From IMG/VR virus record IMGVR_UViG_3300037508_000348: DNA of 64,000 nucleotides. One strand, 5' to 3'. This stretch comes from an uncultured virus (IMG/VR IMGVR_UViG_3300037508_000348). Its lineage: Duplodnaviria; Heunggongvirae; Uroviricota; Caudoviricetes. The translations under genes and the position numbers were made by a program. The notes under the pieces are model-generated. The model was not told where the DNA came from, made no database searches, and worked only from the letters and a program-made list of their open reading frames with translations. Shown here piece after piece: positions 37,360 through 46,553 of the stretch (positions are counted from its first letter, which is position 1; every line of letters starts with the position of its first letter).

Positions 37360-39870
37360 ATGGCAATCGAAAGAATACCGCAACCCGGTCTGCTAGGCGC
37401 ATATCTTGAGAAGCAGGGGGAGATAAATAACCCGCTGCAGCAGGACGACCAAGACGAGCCTATTGAGATTGTCATTGGCCCTGAAGATGGCGAAACGCTG
37501 TTTGAGATCGAGGTGACTGAGGAGGAAACGCCTAGCTTTGAAGCAAATCTTGCTGAGTTTATTGACGACTCTGAGCTTGAAGCGATATCCAGTGATTTGC
37601 TGGACGATTTCGATAACGACAAGAATGCGCGTAAAGAGTGGGAAAGGACCTACATTGATGGTCTGGATTTGTTGGGGCTCTCCATAGAAGAGAGGACTGA
37701 GCCGTGGGACGGTGCCTGTGGTGTATATCATCCCATGCTGACGGAAGCAGCGATCAAGTTCCAGTCGGAGATGATTTCGGAGACTTTCCCGGCGCAAGGT
37801 CCTGTCAAAGCGCGGTTGGTGGGTAAAGCTGACAGAGAGACAGAAGAAGCCGCAGCACGAGTGGTAGCCGATATGAACTACCAACTCACGGAGAAAATGC
37901 CTGAGTTTCGTACCGAGCATGAAAAGATGCTGTGGAGCCTTGCGCTGGCAGGCGCTGCCTTTAAGAAGGTGTATTTCGATCCCACACTCAACCGCCAGAC
38001 CTCAGTCTTTGTACCCGCAGAGGACATCTATATTCCTTATGGAGCGTCCAGTGTTGCTACATCGGAGAGGATTACGCACTCCATGCGTAAGACCAAGAAT
38101 GAGATCAAGAAGCTACAGTATGCTGGGTTCTACAGAGACGTGGACTTGGGTGAGCCGACCAAGCAGATTGATGAGATACAGAAGAGAAAGGACGATGACT
38201 CTGGGTTCTCCTCCTCTTATGATGATCGGTTCAACATTCTTGAGATGCAGGTCGAGCTCGACTTGCCGGGGTTTGAGGATACCGATGAAAAAGGGGAGCC
38301 TACGGGCATTGCCCTGCCCTACGTTATAACGCTCGAAAAGTCCTCTGGCACCGTGTTGGCTATCAGAAGGAATTGGGACGAGTATGACGACTTCAAAAAC
38401 CCAAGACAGCACATCGTACAGTACAACTACATCACGGGGTTCGGTGCTTACGGTTACGGTCTGATTCATCTTATCGGTGGCTTTGCTAAGTCAGCTACCA
38501 GCATCGTAAGACAGCTTGTAGATGCAGGCACGTTGTCCAATCTTCCCGGTGGGTTGAAGACTAACGGTATGAGAATCAAGGGAGACGACACTCCTATCAT
38601 GCCGGGTGAATGGAGAGATGTAGACGTAGCGAGTGGCACTGTCAGAGATAACATCATGCCGCTCCCCTATAAGGAGCCCAGCGCGACGCTGTTCCAACTC
38701 CTGCAGAATGTGGTGGATGAAGGACGCAGGCTGGCGGCGGTAGCCGATGTAAAGTTTGACTCCATGAATGGTGAGGCCCCTGTGGGCACCACGTTGGCAA
38801 TTCTTGAGCGCACCATGAAGGTCATGAGTGCAGTACAGGCGCGGGTCCATGCGTCCATGTCTCAGGAGTTCAAACTTATCGCGGCTCTCATACGCGACTA
38901 CACTGCACCTGACTACAACTACGTCCCAGACAGTAAATCAGAGCCCAGCGCGAAAAAGTCAGACTACGAGCAGACGGACATCATCCCCGTCAGTGATCCA
39001 AATGCCACAACGATGGCACAGAGGATTTTGCAGTATCAGGCAGCGATTCAGTTGGCACAGCAGGCTCCACAAATCTATAACCTTTCAATGCTGCATCGGC
39101 AGATGCTTGAGGTCATGGGTGTCAAGGATGCCGATAAGATTGTAGAAACGGAAGAAGACCTCTTACCGACAGACCCGGTTACAGAGAATATGGACGTTCT
39201 CAACATGAAACCTGTGAAGGCATTCTACGAACAAGACCATGAAGCCCATATTCAGGTCCACCAAGCCTTTATGCAAGACCCCAATGTAGCGCAGATTATG
39301 GGGCAGAATCAGAACGCTCAAGCTATTATGCAGGCAGCACAGGCACACTTGGCGCAGCATCTTGGGTTTGCCTATAGAAAGAGAATTGAAGCTCAGTTGG
39401 GTGTTCCTCTGCCTCCTCCTGACCAAAAGATGTCGCCAGAAATGGAAGCTCACGTCTCTGGATTGTTGGCGCAAGCGGCTCTTCAGGTACAGCAGCAGTC
39501 TCAGATTGAAGCACAGGCGGCACAGGCACAACAAGCGGCTCAGGACCCGATTGTACAGCGGCAAATGATGGAGATGCAGCTAAAACAGCAAGAATTGCAG
39601 GCCAAAGTACAGATCGAAATGGCTAAAATTCAGACGCAAAAGGAGATTGCGGAGCTTGATAATCAGACGAAAATCCAGCTTCAACAGCAAAAAGACGGTG
39701 CTGAAGGCGTAAAACTTGGCTTTAACGCAGCAAAAGAATACATCTTCAAGGAAGACGAGCGGGTACAAGGAGGTATGGCTAAGCAAGAGGATCGCGCACA
39801 CTCAAGCGCAGAAAAGGACAAGGACCGAGCGTTCAACGCGATGCAAAAACAGGAGAAGGTAAATGACTGA
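37360..39870 (+). CDS. Portal protein
   Basis: 836 aa after TerL; HPML, FKKVY, GFGAYGYGLIH, Gln-rich helical C-terminus. Confidence 0.85.
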   Translation: MAIERIPQPGLLGAYLEKQGEINNPLQQDDQDEPIEIVIGPEDGETLFEIEVTEEETPSFEANLAEFIDDSELEAISSDLLDDFDNDKNARKEWERTYIDGLDLLGLSIEERTEPWDGACGVYHPMLTEAAIKFQSEMISETFPAQGPVKARLVGKADRETEEAAARVVADMNYQLTEKMPEFRTEHEKMLWSLALAGAAFKKVYFDPTLNRQTSVFVPAEDIYIPYGASSVATSERITHSMRKTKNEIKKLQYAGFYRDVDLGEPTKQIDEIQKRKDDDSGFSSSYDDRFNILEMQVELDLPGFEDTDEKGEPTGIALPYVITLEKSSGTVLAIRRNWDEYDDFKNPRQHIVQYNYITGFGAYGYGLIHLIGGFAKSATSIVRQLVDAGTLSNLPGGLKTNGMRIKGDDTPIMPGEWRDVDVASGTVRDNIMPLPYKEPSATLFQLLQNVVDEGRRLAAVADVKFDSMNGEAPVGTTLAILERTMKVMSAVQARVHASMSQEFKLIAALIRDYTAPDYNYVPDSKSEPSAKKSDYEQTDIIPVSDPNATTMAQRILQYQAAIQLAQQAPQIYNLSMLHRQMLEVMGVKDADKIVETEEDLLPTDPVTENMDVLNMKPVKAFYEQDHEAHIQVHQAFMQDPNVAQIMGQNQNAQAIMQAAQAHLAQHLGFAYRKRIEAQLGVPLPPPDQKMSPEMEAHVSGLLAQAALQVQQQSQIEAQAAQAQQAAQDPIVQRQMMEMQLKQQELQAKVQIEMAKIQTQKEIAELDNQTKIQLQQQKDGAEGVKLGFNAAKEYIFKEDERVQGGMAKQEDRAHSSAEKDKDRAFNAMQKQEKVND

Positions 39871-40045
39871 GCTAGAACTGCTTAGCAAAAAGTTAAAAGA
39901 GGCCATTATCCCGCGACGAGACGCACTGACTAAAGGAGCCCTTGCTTCTTGGGAAGATTACAAATACCTGACCGGAGTGATCGCTGGGCTTCAGGCGGCA
40001 TTGGATGCTGTAGAAGAAGCGCAGAAGAGGTACATCGAAGACTAA
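39863..40045 (+). CDS. Conserved small hypothetical protein
   Basis: G...SWEDYKYLTGVIAGL; AGGAG SD. Confidence 0.7.
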   Translation: MTELELLSKKLKEAIIPRRDALTKGALASWEDYKYLTGVIAGLQAALDAVEEAQKRYIED

Positions 40046-40053
40046 GACTTCAC

Positions 40054-40097
40054 GGGAGTAGAGGATTCAGGCCGCTCTACTCCCTCTTAACGGCCTG
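40054..40097 (+). promoter_or_regulatory. Candidate H-type RNA pseudoknot in the 5' UTR of the GroES-like gene
   Basis: 10-bp stem 40054-63/40075-84 and 7-bp loop-to-3' stem 40068-74/40091-97. Confidence 0.55.
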
Positions 40098-40112
40098 CTA
40101 ATAGAGGACATC

Positions 40113-40505
40113 ATGACGTTTCATGCAAATGTAGACATAGAAGCCACGCTTAAAACAGCGGAGGAATTGGGCGATAAACTTCCCGATCCGGTTGGCTACC
40201 AAATGCTGGTCATCAAACCAAAAATAGAAGAAGTCACAGCGGGAGGTATCATCAAACCTTCTGAGTTTCTTCGTAAGGAAGAAGCGGGGTCTGTTCTCGG
40301 CCTTGTGCTTAAAATGGGTGATTTGGCTTACCGAGATGAAGCTAAATTTCCTACCGGAGCTTGGTGCAAAGTTCATGACTTTGTGTTGATTGGAGCGTAT
40401 CGCGGTTCACGTTTCAGTGTCGATGGAGAAGAGTTCACGATCATAAACGACGACATGATCTTGGGCACTATCAAGGACCCGTCAGGGATTAACCGTGCTT
40501 ATTAA
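40113..40505 (+). CDS. GroES-like co-chaperonin
   Basis: PVGYQMLV..VTAGGIIKP..VLKMG..YRGSRF..IINDDMILG. Confidence 0.85.
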   Translation: MTFHANVDIEATLKTAEELGDKLPDPVGYQMLVIKPKIEEVTAGGIIKPSEFLRKEEAGSVLGLVLKMGDLAYRDEAKFPTGAWCKVHDFVLIGAYRGSRFSVDGEEFTIINDDMILGTIKDPSGINRAY

Positions 40506-40514
40506 GAGGTAGTT

Positions 40515-41438
40515 ATGAGTATAGAAGAAGGCGTACCTGTAGAAGTTGGGATTGAGGACGAAACTCCCGAAATCGAGATTATTGACGATACCCCTGAAGA
40601 AGACCGAGGTCGAAAGCCCCTGCCAGAGTCTGAAAATGACCAGCAGGAAGAAGAGCTCGATACGATCTCTGCGGGTGTTAAGAAGAGGATCAATCAACTA
40701 AGCCACCGTTACCACGATGAGCGTAGGGCCAAAGAAGCGTTAGAGAGGCAGAACCAAGAAGCCATAACGCTAGCGCAGACCATCCTCGCTGAAAATCAGA
40801 AGTTAAAGCAGACGCTCACTTGGGGTCAAAAAGAGTACCTTAACGAAGCCAATGCCAAGATTGAGTACGCAGAAAAACTTGCGGAAGATAGGTACCGTAA
40901 GGCGTATGAATCAGGTGACACAGAAGGTGTGCTTAACGCACAGAAAGAGCTGCAACAGGCAGGACTTCAAAGAGAGCGCTTGGCAAACTTTTCGCCACCT
41001 ATCCCAGAACCTGAAGAAAATACTTTACAAACGTACCAACAGCCTGTATATAATGCGCCACAACCTGCTTACACACAGCCTAGCTCTCCCCCTGTAGACG
41101 CAAAAGCTGAAGAATGGGCAGCGAGAAATCCTTGGTTTGGAGAAGACACAGAGATGACCTCTCTTGCTTATGGTCTCCATTCCAAATTGGTAAATTCGGG
41201 TGTCGATACGCAGTCAGATGAATACTATGCGGCTATCGACAAACGCATGAGGGAAGTGTATCCAGAACATTTTGGTAAGGCTAAGAAGTCGTCGCCCGTA
41301 GCCCCAGCCGGTAGGAGCACCTCAGTTAAAAAAGTGACGCTAACCGCTACTCAGGTAGCACTTGCAAAAAGACTCGGAGTGAGCTTGGAAGATTACGCCA
41401 AGCATGCCGCTAAATTGGAGAAACGCGCAAATGGCTAA
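40515..41438 (+). CDS. Putative capsid scaffolding protein
   Basis: Acidic N-terminus, coiled coil, WAARNPWFG, C-terminal AKRLGVSLEDYAK; position before the capsid genes. Confidence 0.7.
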   Translation: MSIEEGVPVEVGIEDETPEIEIIDDTPEEDRGRKPLPESENDQQEEELDTISAGVKKRINQLSHRYHDERRAKEALERQNQEAITLAQTILAENQKLKQTLTWGQKEYLNEANAKIEYAEKLAEDRYRKAYESGDTEGVLNAQKELQQAGLQRERLANFSPPIPEPEENTLQTYQQPVYNAPQPAYTQPSSPPVDAKAEEWAARNPWFGEDTEMTSLAYGLHSKLVNSGVDTQSDEYYAAIDKRMREVYPEHFGKAKKSSPVAPAGRSTSVKKVTLTATQVALAKRLGVSLEDYAKHAAKLEKRANG

Positions 41439-41889
41439 TGTTATGGACAGAACCCAAAGAACCAATGAGACACGGGAAAAAGAGGTACGACCAGTATCTT
41501 GGAAGCCTGCTCACGATCTGCCAACCCCTGCTCCGCAGGATGGTTACGTCTTTCATTGGAAGCGTGTTTCTATGATGGGCACCGCTGACCCCGCTAATAT
41601 GGCTAAAGCTCGACGTGAAGGATGGGAGCCTTGCAAAGCTGAGGATCATCCAGAAATGTTGTCAGATTTCGCTGCATTCGGTCTGAAACCGCAGGGTCTT
41701 ATTGAGATTGGCGGTCTGGTGCTCTGTAAGTCTACTCTTGAGAACGCTAAAGCTCGTAAAGCCTACTATGAAGGGCAGACAGCCGCGCAGACTCAAGCTG
41801 TAGATCAAAACTTTATGCGTGAAAACGACCCGCGTATGCCTCTCTTCAAAGAAAGCAAGTCGCGTGTTTCTTTCGGTAGCGGTTCCTAA
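41431..41889 (+). CDS. Conserved head-module hypothetical protein
   Basis: Start MANV with GGAG SD; REGWEP..IGGLVLC. Confidence 0.7.
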   Translation: MANVMDRTQRTNETREKEVRPVSWKPAHDLPTPAPQDGYVFHWKRVSMMGTADPANMAKARREGWEPCKAEDHPEMLSDFAAFGLKPQGLIEIGGLVLCKSTLENAKARKAYYEGQTAAQTQAVDQNFMRENDPRMPLFKESKSRVSFGSGS

Positions 41890-41928
41890 ATGGCTAGGGG
41901 CCGCGATTACAACTTTTAGGAGTTATTT

Positions 41929-42558
41929 ATGTCTAGTGTTTTTAATCCCGGTCCCACTGGCTTTTTGCCGGTAAACCTTCTGGGTGGCCGTGTCTACTCA
42001 GGCGCTACTCGCTCTATTCCGATTGTCTCTGGCTATGCTCAGAACATTGGTTTTGGCGATCTGGTGACTGTTGCTAACACCGGCACCATTGCTCGTGTTG
42101 ATACCGCTTCTGGTGCTAAGGCAGCTTTTGCTCTGGCTCCTGTTGGTATTTTCCTTGGATGCAGCTTCACCGATCCTACCTTGAAGTACAAGCTATTCGA
42201 TCAGAATTGGGCTTCTGGTACCGTAGCTTCTGATGCAGTTGCTGTCATTGTTGACGATCCCGATGCTATTTTCGAGATCACTCTGACCAATGCTTCTGGG
42301 GACCGCTACACCGCAAGTGCAGCGACTCAGTCCACTGTTGGCAACAACATCGGCTACTATCAGCCTGCTACTTTTGTAAATGCAGGCGGCAACAGCACCG
42401 TGTCCGCTAACTTTGCTTCAGTCAACACTACCAACACACTGCCCTTCCGGGTTGTCTCTATTGTGCCGGAAAGTGTTCTGCCTGATGGCACCTTTACGCG
42501 GGTTCAGGTTATCTACAATGCCGCGATGCACTTCTACCGTCAGGCTACTGGAATCTAA
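41929..42558 (+). CDS. Putative capsid-associated (decoration) protein
   Basis: Strongly biased codon usage; immediately upstream of the capsid gene. Confidence 0.6.
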   Translation: MSSVFNPGPTGFLPVNLLGGRVYSGATRSIPIVSGYAQNIGFGDLVTVANTGTIARVDTASGAKAAFALAPVGIFLGCSFTDPTLKYKLFDQNWASGTVASDAVAVIVDDPDAIFEITLTNASGDRYTASAATQSTVGNNIGYYQPATFVNAGGNSTVSANFASVNTTNTLPFRVVSIVPESVLPDGTFTRVQVIYNAAMHFYRQATGI

Positions 42559-42571
42559 GGAGATATAATCA

Positions 42572-43480
42572 ATGGCTGCTATTTCACGCGCTCAGTTACT
42601 TAAAGAGCTACTCCCCGGCCTCAACGCCCTCTTCGGTCTGGAATATGATCGTTATGGCGAAGAGTGGAAAGAACTGTTTGAAGTTGAAAGCTCTGACCGT
42701 TCCTTTGAAGAAGAACAGAAGCTCTCCGGTTTCGGTGCTGCTCCTGTTAAGAACGAAGGTTCTGCCATTTCTTATGACACCGCACAGGAAGCATGGTCTA
42801 CTCGCTATACCCATGAAACCATCGCTCTGGGCTTCTCCCTGACCGAAGAAGCTGTGGAAGATAACCTGTATGACTCTCTGTCTGCTCGTTATACCAAGGC
42901 GCTGGCTCGTGCTATGTCCTACACCAAGGAAGTCAAGGGTGCCAACATCCTGAATAACGGCTTCAACAGCAATTACGCTGGTGGTGATGGCAAGGAACTG
43001 TTCTCTAACGCTCACCCGTTGGTCAATGGCTCTACCCTGTCTAACGTCCCGTCTACTCCGACTGATCTTAACGAAACCTCTCTTGAGAATGCCGTTATCC
43101 AGATCAGCCTGTGGACTGACGAGCGTGGTCTGCTGATTGCAGCAAAGCCGAAGAAGTTGGTAATCCCGCCAGCCCTTCAGTTCGTGGCTACTCGTCTGTT
43201 GGAAACCCAGCTTCGTGTCGGCACCACCGACAACGACGTGAACGCTATCGTGAACAACGGCAGCATTCCGGGTGGTTACACCATTAACCACTTCTTGACC
43301 GACACTAACGCTTGGTTCCTGCAGACCGATGTTCCGAACGGCATGAAGCATTTTGTACGTGCTGCGTTGAGTACTTCGATGGACAGTGATTTCGACACCG
43401 GAAACGCTCGCTACAAGGCTCGAGAGAGGTACAGCTACGGCTGGAGCGATCCCCTGTCGATGTTCGGTAGCCAAGGCTAA
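42572..43480 (+). CDS. Major capsid protein
   Basis: MAAISRAQLLKELLPGLNALFG, LFSNAHP, PKKLVIPP, KARERYSYGWSDP; AAGGAG SD; followed by a terminator. Confidence 0.9.
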   Translation: MAAISRAQLLKELLPGLNALFGLEYDRYGEEWKELFEVESSDRSFEEEQKLSGFGAAPVKNEGSAISYDTAQEAWSTRYTHETIALGFSLTEEAVEDNLYDSLSARYTKALARAMSYTKEVKGANILNNGFNSNYAGGDGKELFSNAHPLVNGSTLSNVPSTPTDLNETSLENAVIQISLWTDERGLLIAAKPKKLVIPPALQFVATRLLETQLRVGTTDNDVNAIVNNGSIPGGYTINHFLTDTNAWFLQTDVPNGMKHFVRAALSTSMDSDFDTGNARYKARERYSYGWSDPLSMFGSQG

Positions 43481-43504
43481 ACCCAGCAAAATCAAGGGTT
43501 TGAG

Positions 43505-43530
43505 AGGGGCTTCGGCCCCTTTCTTTTTGT
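43505..43530 (+). terminator. Intrinsic terminator after the capsid gene
   Basis: AGGGGC-TTCG-GCCCCT followed by TTCTTTTT. Confidence 0.9.
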
Positions 43531-43603
43531 TTGCGAAAAGGCTTGTGATTTAATCACAAAGAGCGTAATATAACCTTCGTCAACTAAATAACGGAGGTTT
43601 CCA

Positions 43604-44551
43604 GTGAAAAACGTAATCTATGTGATTCGTAATGTGGTCAACGGTAAATTCTATGTAGGCAGCACTGTTGATGCTCGTGTGAGGTTCCAAGCGCACAAAA
43701 GGCGGTTAAAAAAAGGAACGCACCAAAGCCCTCATCTGCAAGCCGCATGGAATAAGTACGGCGAGGAATGTTTTAAGTTTGAGGTAGTGGCTAGCGTTGA
43801 GGATAGGGATGAGTTACTCGCCGTTGAGCAAGTTTGGTTAGACGAACACGCGGGAAAGACCCATTGCTACAACTGGGCTGCAGATGCTAGCGCCCCAATG
43901 CGAGGAAAAAAACATACTTCTGAAGCCGTAGCTAAAATGTCGCTAAAACATGTGCCCAAAGGTGAAGAGCACTACCGTTTTGGTAAATCGCTAGAGGAAG
44001 AAGTTAGGAAGAAAATAGGAGACACGCAGAGGGGTGTACCTAAAGCGCCGGGGCGAAAAGTTTCGGAAGAAGGCAGAGCCAACATAGCGGCTGCAGCAAA
44101 GAGAGGTAAAGAGTGCCATTTTTATGGCAAGCGGCCCACAAACGCCGACGACCTACAGAAAGCTGTTCATGCGGTACTTCCAGATAGGACAACCAAGGTG
44201 TATAGCAGCCTTACGGAAATGCGAGACACACTGGGGCTAGCTATAGGAACAATCATTCGCGCCTGTAAGTCGGGTAAACCTATTGTGTTTGGCCTCCACG
44301 CCGGTTGGGTGCTGTCGTATGTGGATGGAGAAAGAAACTTAGCTCCAGAAATCCCAAAGGAATACTTAGCCTATCCACGCACTAGACAAGAGGCTAAAGC
44401 TACCGGGGCCAAACACTATTTCACAGGTATTCCCTGCGATAGAGGCCATATCTCTCCACGTAAAACAAAAGGCACATGCGTTGCTTGTATGAAAGAAGAC
44501 TACAAAAAGGACAATGACAGGCGCAAACAGAAGACGCTTGACACTCCCTAA
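43604..44551 (+). CDS. Free-standing GIY-YIG homing endonuclease with NUMOD3-like repeats
   Basis: VIYVIRN..FYVGST..R..H..LQAAWNKYG..EQ..YN; GKKHTSEA; C-terminal HYFTGIPC..GH..CVAC. Confidence 0.9.
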   Translation: MKNVIYVIRNVVNGKFYVGSTVDARVRFQAHKRRLKKGTHQSPHLQAAWNKYGEECFKFEVVASVEDRDELLAVEQVWLDEHAGKTHCYNWAADASAPMRGKKHTSEAVAKMSLKHVPKGEEHYRFGKSLEEEVRKKIGDTQRGVPKAPGRKVSEEGRANIAAAAKRGKECHFYGKRPTNADDLQKAVHAVLPDRTTKVYSSLTEMRDTLGLAIGTIIRACKSGKPIVFGLHAGWVLSYVDGERNLAPEIPKEYLAYPRTRQEAKATGAKHYFTGIPCDRGHISPRKTKGTCVACMKEDYKKDNDRRKQKTLDTP

Positions 44552-44566
44552 AAAGTCGTTTATAAG
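44538..44566 (+). promoter_or_regulatory. Sigma70-like promoter
   Basis: TTGACA-N17-TATAAG. Confidence 0.65.
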
Positions 44567-44654
44567 TACCCTAAATCTGGGATTTCTTTAATTGCCTACT
44601 CGACTGACCCAGCAGATTCGCACAAGACGATAGGCGCAAGTGCATGAGGTTCTT

Positions 44655-45095
44655 ATGAGCTTTTCAACCTTTTCCGGGCCAATTCGTTCCGGTACTATCC
44701 GTGAAGGATCAGCCAATAACTGCGGCGTAGCCGTACTGGTTCAGACCAAAGCCCTGCCTGCTGCTGCAGGTGCTACCACCGTCGCCGTTCTTCCGGCAGG
44801 TTCACAGATTCTGGATGTCATCGTTGATACCACCACGGTATTCAATGCAGCGACCACGCTGAAGATTGGTACTTCGTCTAACGACGACGAGTTTGTAACC
44901 TCGACAACCATCACCACTGCAGGCCGTAACGACCTGTCCTCTACCTATCAGCCTCTGACTTTTATCAACATCGGCACTTCTGATGTTGCTGTGATTGCGA
45001 CCACCGCTGGCACCGCTGCTACTGGCGCGGCCCATGTAACGATCATGTATGCACAGAAGGCTTCCAATGGCGCTGAAGACCCTGCCACTCCGTAA
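44655..45095 (+). CDS. Putative virion structural protein
   Basis: Start MSFSTFSGPIRSG with GAGG SD; Ala/Thr-rich beta protein. Confidence 0.65.
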   Translation: MSFSTFSGPIRSGTIREGSANNCGVAVLVQTKALPAAAGATTVAVLPAGSQILDVIVDTTTVFNAATTLKIGTSSNDDEFVTSTTITTAGRNDLSSTYQPLTFINIGTSDVAVIATTAGTAATGAAHVTIMYAQKASNGAEDPATP

Positions 45096-45105
45096 GGAGG
45101 TTTGG

Positions 45106-45339
45106 GTGGATTTACAATCAATAATTGACGTTGTTGTTGGTACGGCAGGAGTCATATTCGGTTGGTTGTTCAAGATCGTTTGGGATGCCATCAGGGAACT
45201 CAAGGATGATATGAAAGAGACCAACCGATTGATCCATGAAACATACGTGCGTAAGGACGACTACCGCATAGAGATGGCAAAAATCGAAAATATGTTTCAG
45301 CGTATTATGGACAAATTGGACGAGAAGGCTGACAAATGA
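45106..45339 (+). CDS. Small membrane-anchored coiled-coil protein
   Basis: AAGGAGG SD plus GTG; TM helix followed by a coiled coil ending KLDEKADK. Confidence 0.65.
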   Translation: MDLQSIIDVVVGTAGVIFGWLFKIVWDAIRELKDDMKETNRLIHETYVRKDDYRIEMAKIENMFQRIMDKLDEKADK

Positions 45340-45644
45340 CCATGCCCTCTCGTGGTGTTGCTAAAATTCAAACTAAAGCTACAGGTGATGCTATGAAATG
45401 TGGAATGAAAAAAGGCGGTGAAGCTATGCCTATGGGCAAGAAAGACCCCCGCAAAACCGCTCCTTCTAACTCCAAGAAGAAGAGCTCTAAGATGTCTCTA
45501 AAGGGCAACCCTATGGACAAGGCCAGCTTGGGCCGTGCTGAGTCTGCGAGTGGTATCCCCGGTATGATGGGTAAAGGCTACGCCAAAGGCGGTATGATCG
45601 ACGGTTGTGCTAAGAAAGGCAAAACCAAAGGTAAAATTTGCTGA
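45336..45644 (+). CDS. Small basic hypothetical protein
   Basis: MKKGG, YAKGG..DGCAKKGKTKG. Confidence 0.6.
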   Translation: MTMPSRGVAKIQTKATGDAMKCGMKKGGEAMPMGKKDPRKTAPSNSKKKSSKMSLKGNPMDKASLGRAESASGIPGMMGKGYAKGGMIDGCAKKGKTKGKIC

Positions 45645-45653
45645 GGCACTATT

Positions 45654-46280
45654 ATGGCCGGTAGACCACAGGGGGGCGGTGCCCCCCAACAAATGCAGAA
45701 CCAAATGCAGGGAATGCGTCAAGGGATGGCAGGTATGCCCTCTCAGTATCCGGGAGCTAATATGGCCGCTCCGGGGGGTATGACTAAGCCTGCTGTTATG
45801 CCTCAAGGTTTTATGGACGCCCCGAATGGCCCGGGGGGTATGCAGCAAGGTATGACTAAGCCCGCTGTTATGCCACAGGGTTTTATGGACGCACCTAACG
45901 GTCCGGGTGCTCCTCAGATGTCACAAGGGATGGCTCGGCCAATGCCTATGCCGGGTCCAGTAGACCCCTATACAGGTGTAGTCGCGCCTCCGCCGCAGAT
46001 GCCCCAAGGCCAAGGTTTGATAAATCCAGACCCCGCTCAGGTACAGGCGATGTTTCAGCAAGCGCAGGCACAGCAGGGTATGAATGTAGGAGCGTATCAG
46101 CCCCAGATATCTCAGCCCTTACCACCCGCTGCTCCGCAGCCCCAGATGTCGCAGCCTCTTCCACAAGCGCAGCCTATGCCGCGCCCGATGCCGCGCCCGA
46201 TGCCACAAGGTAGACCGCAGATTATGGGTAATCCCACTGCTATGCCGTTGCAGCGTTCACAGTTTAAGGGTAGGCGATAG
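45654..46280 (+). CDS. Pro/Gln/Met-rich disordered protein with an internal duplication
   Basis: GMTKPAVMPQGFMDAPNGPG occurs twice; GAGG SD. Confidence 0.6.
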   Translation: MAGRPQGGGAPQQMQNQMQGMRQGMAGMPSQYPGANMAAPGGMTKPAVMPQGFMDAPNGPGGMQQGMTKPAVMPQGFMDAPNGPGAPQMSQGMARPMPMPGPVDPYTGVVAPPPQMPQGQGLINPDPAQVQAMFQQAQAQQGMNVGAYQPQISQPLPPAAPQPQMSQPLPQAQPMPRPMPRPMPQGRPQIMGNPTAMPLQRSQFKGRR

Positions 46281-46282
46281 TC

Positions 46283-46543
46283 ATGGCTAAGTCTCCAGCT
46301 TGGCAGCGCAAGGAAGGTAAATCGGAATCCGGTGGCCTTAATGCAAAAGGACGCGCTTCTGCCAAGAAGCAAGGGATGAACTTAAAGCCTCCTGCTCCAA
46401 ACCCTAAAACGGATAAAGATGCAGCGAGGCGTAAGTCATTTTGTGCGAGAATGACAGGTATGAAGAAGGCTAACACCTCCGCTAAAACCGCTAAAGACCC
46501 GAATAGCAGAATTAACAAAAGCCTGCGGGCTTGGAATTGTTGA
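46283..46543 (+). CDS. Small basic conserved phage protein (DUF6321-like)
   Basis: GGLNAKGRAS..RRKSFCARM..DPNSRINKSLRAWNC. Confidence 0.7.
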   Translation: MAKSPAWQRKEGKSESGGLNAKGRASAKKQGMNLKPPAPNPKTDKDAARRKSFCARMTGMKKANTSAKTAKDPNSRINKSLRAWNC

Positions 46544-46553
46544 GTAAAAAATC

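Noticed and set aside
42608..43495. 295-aa antisense ORF over the capsid gene
   Set aside because: Typical shadow ORF of a codon-biased gene; no motifs.
43543..43559. CRP site
   Set aside because: TGTGA/TCACA half-sites are spaced by 5 nt rather than the required 6.
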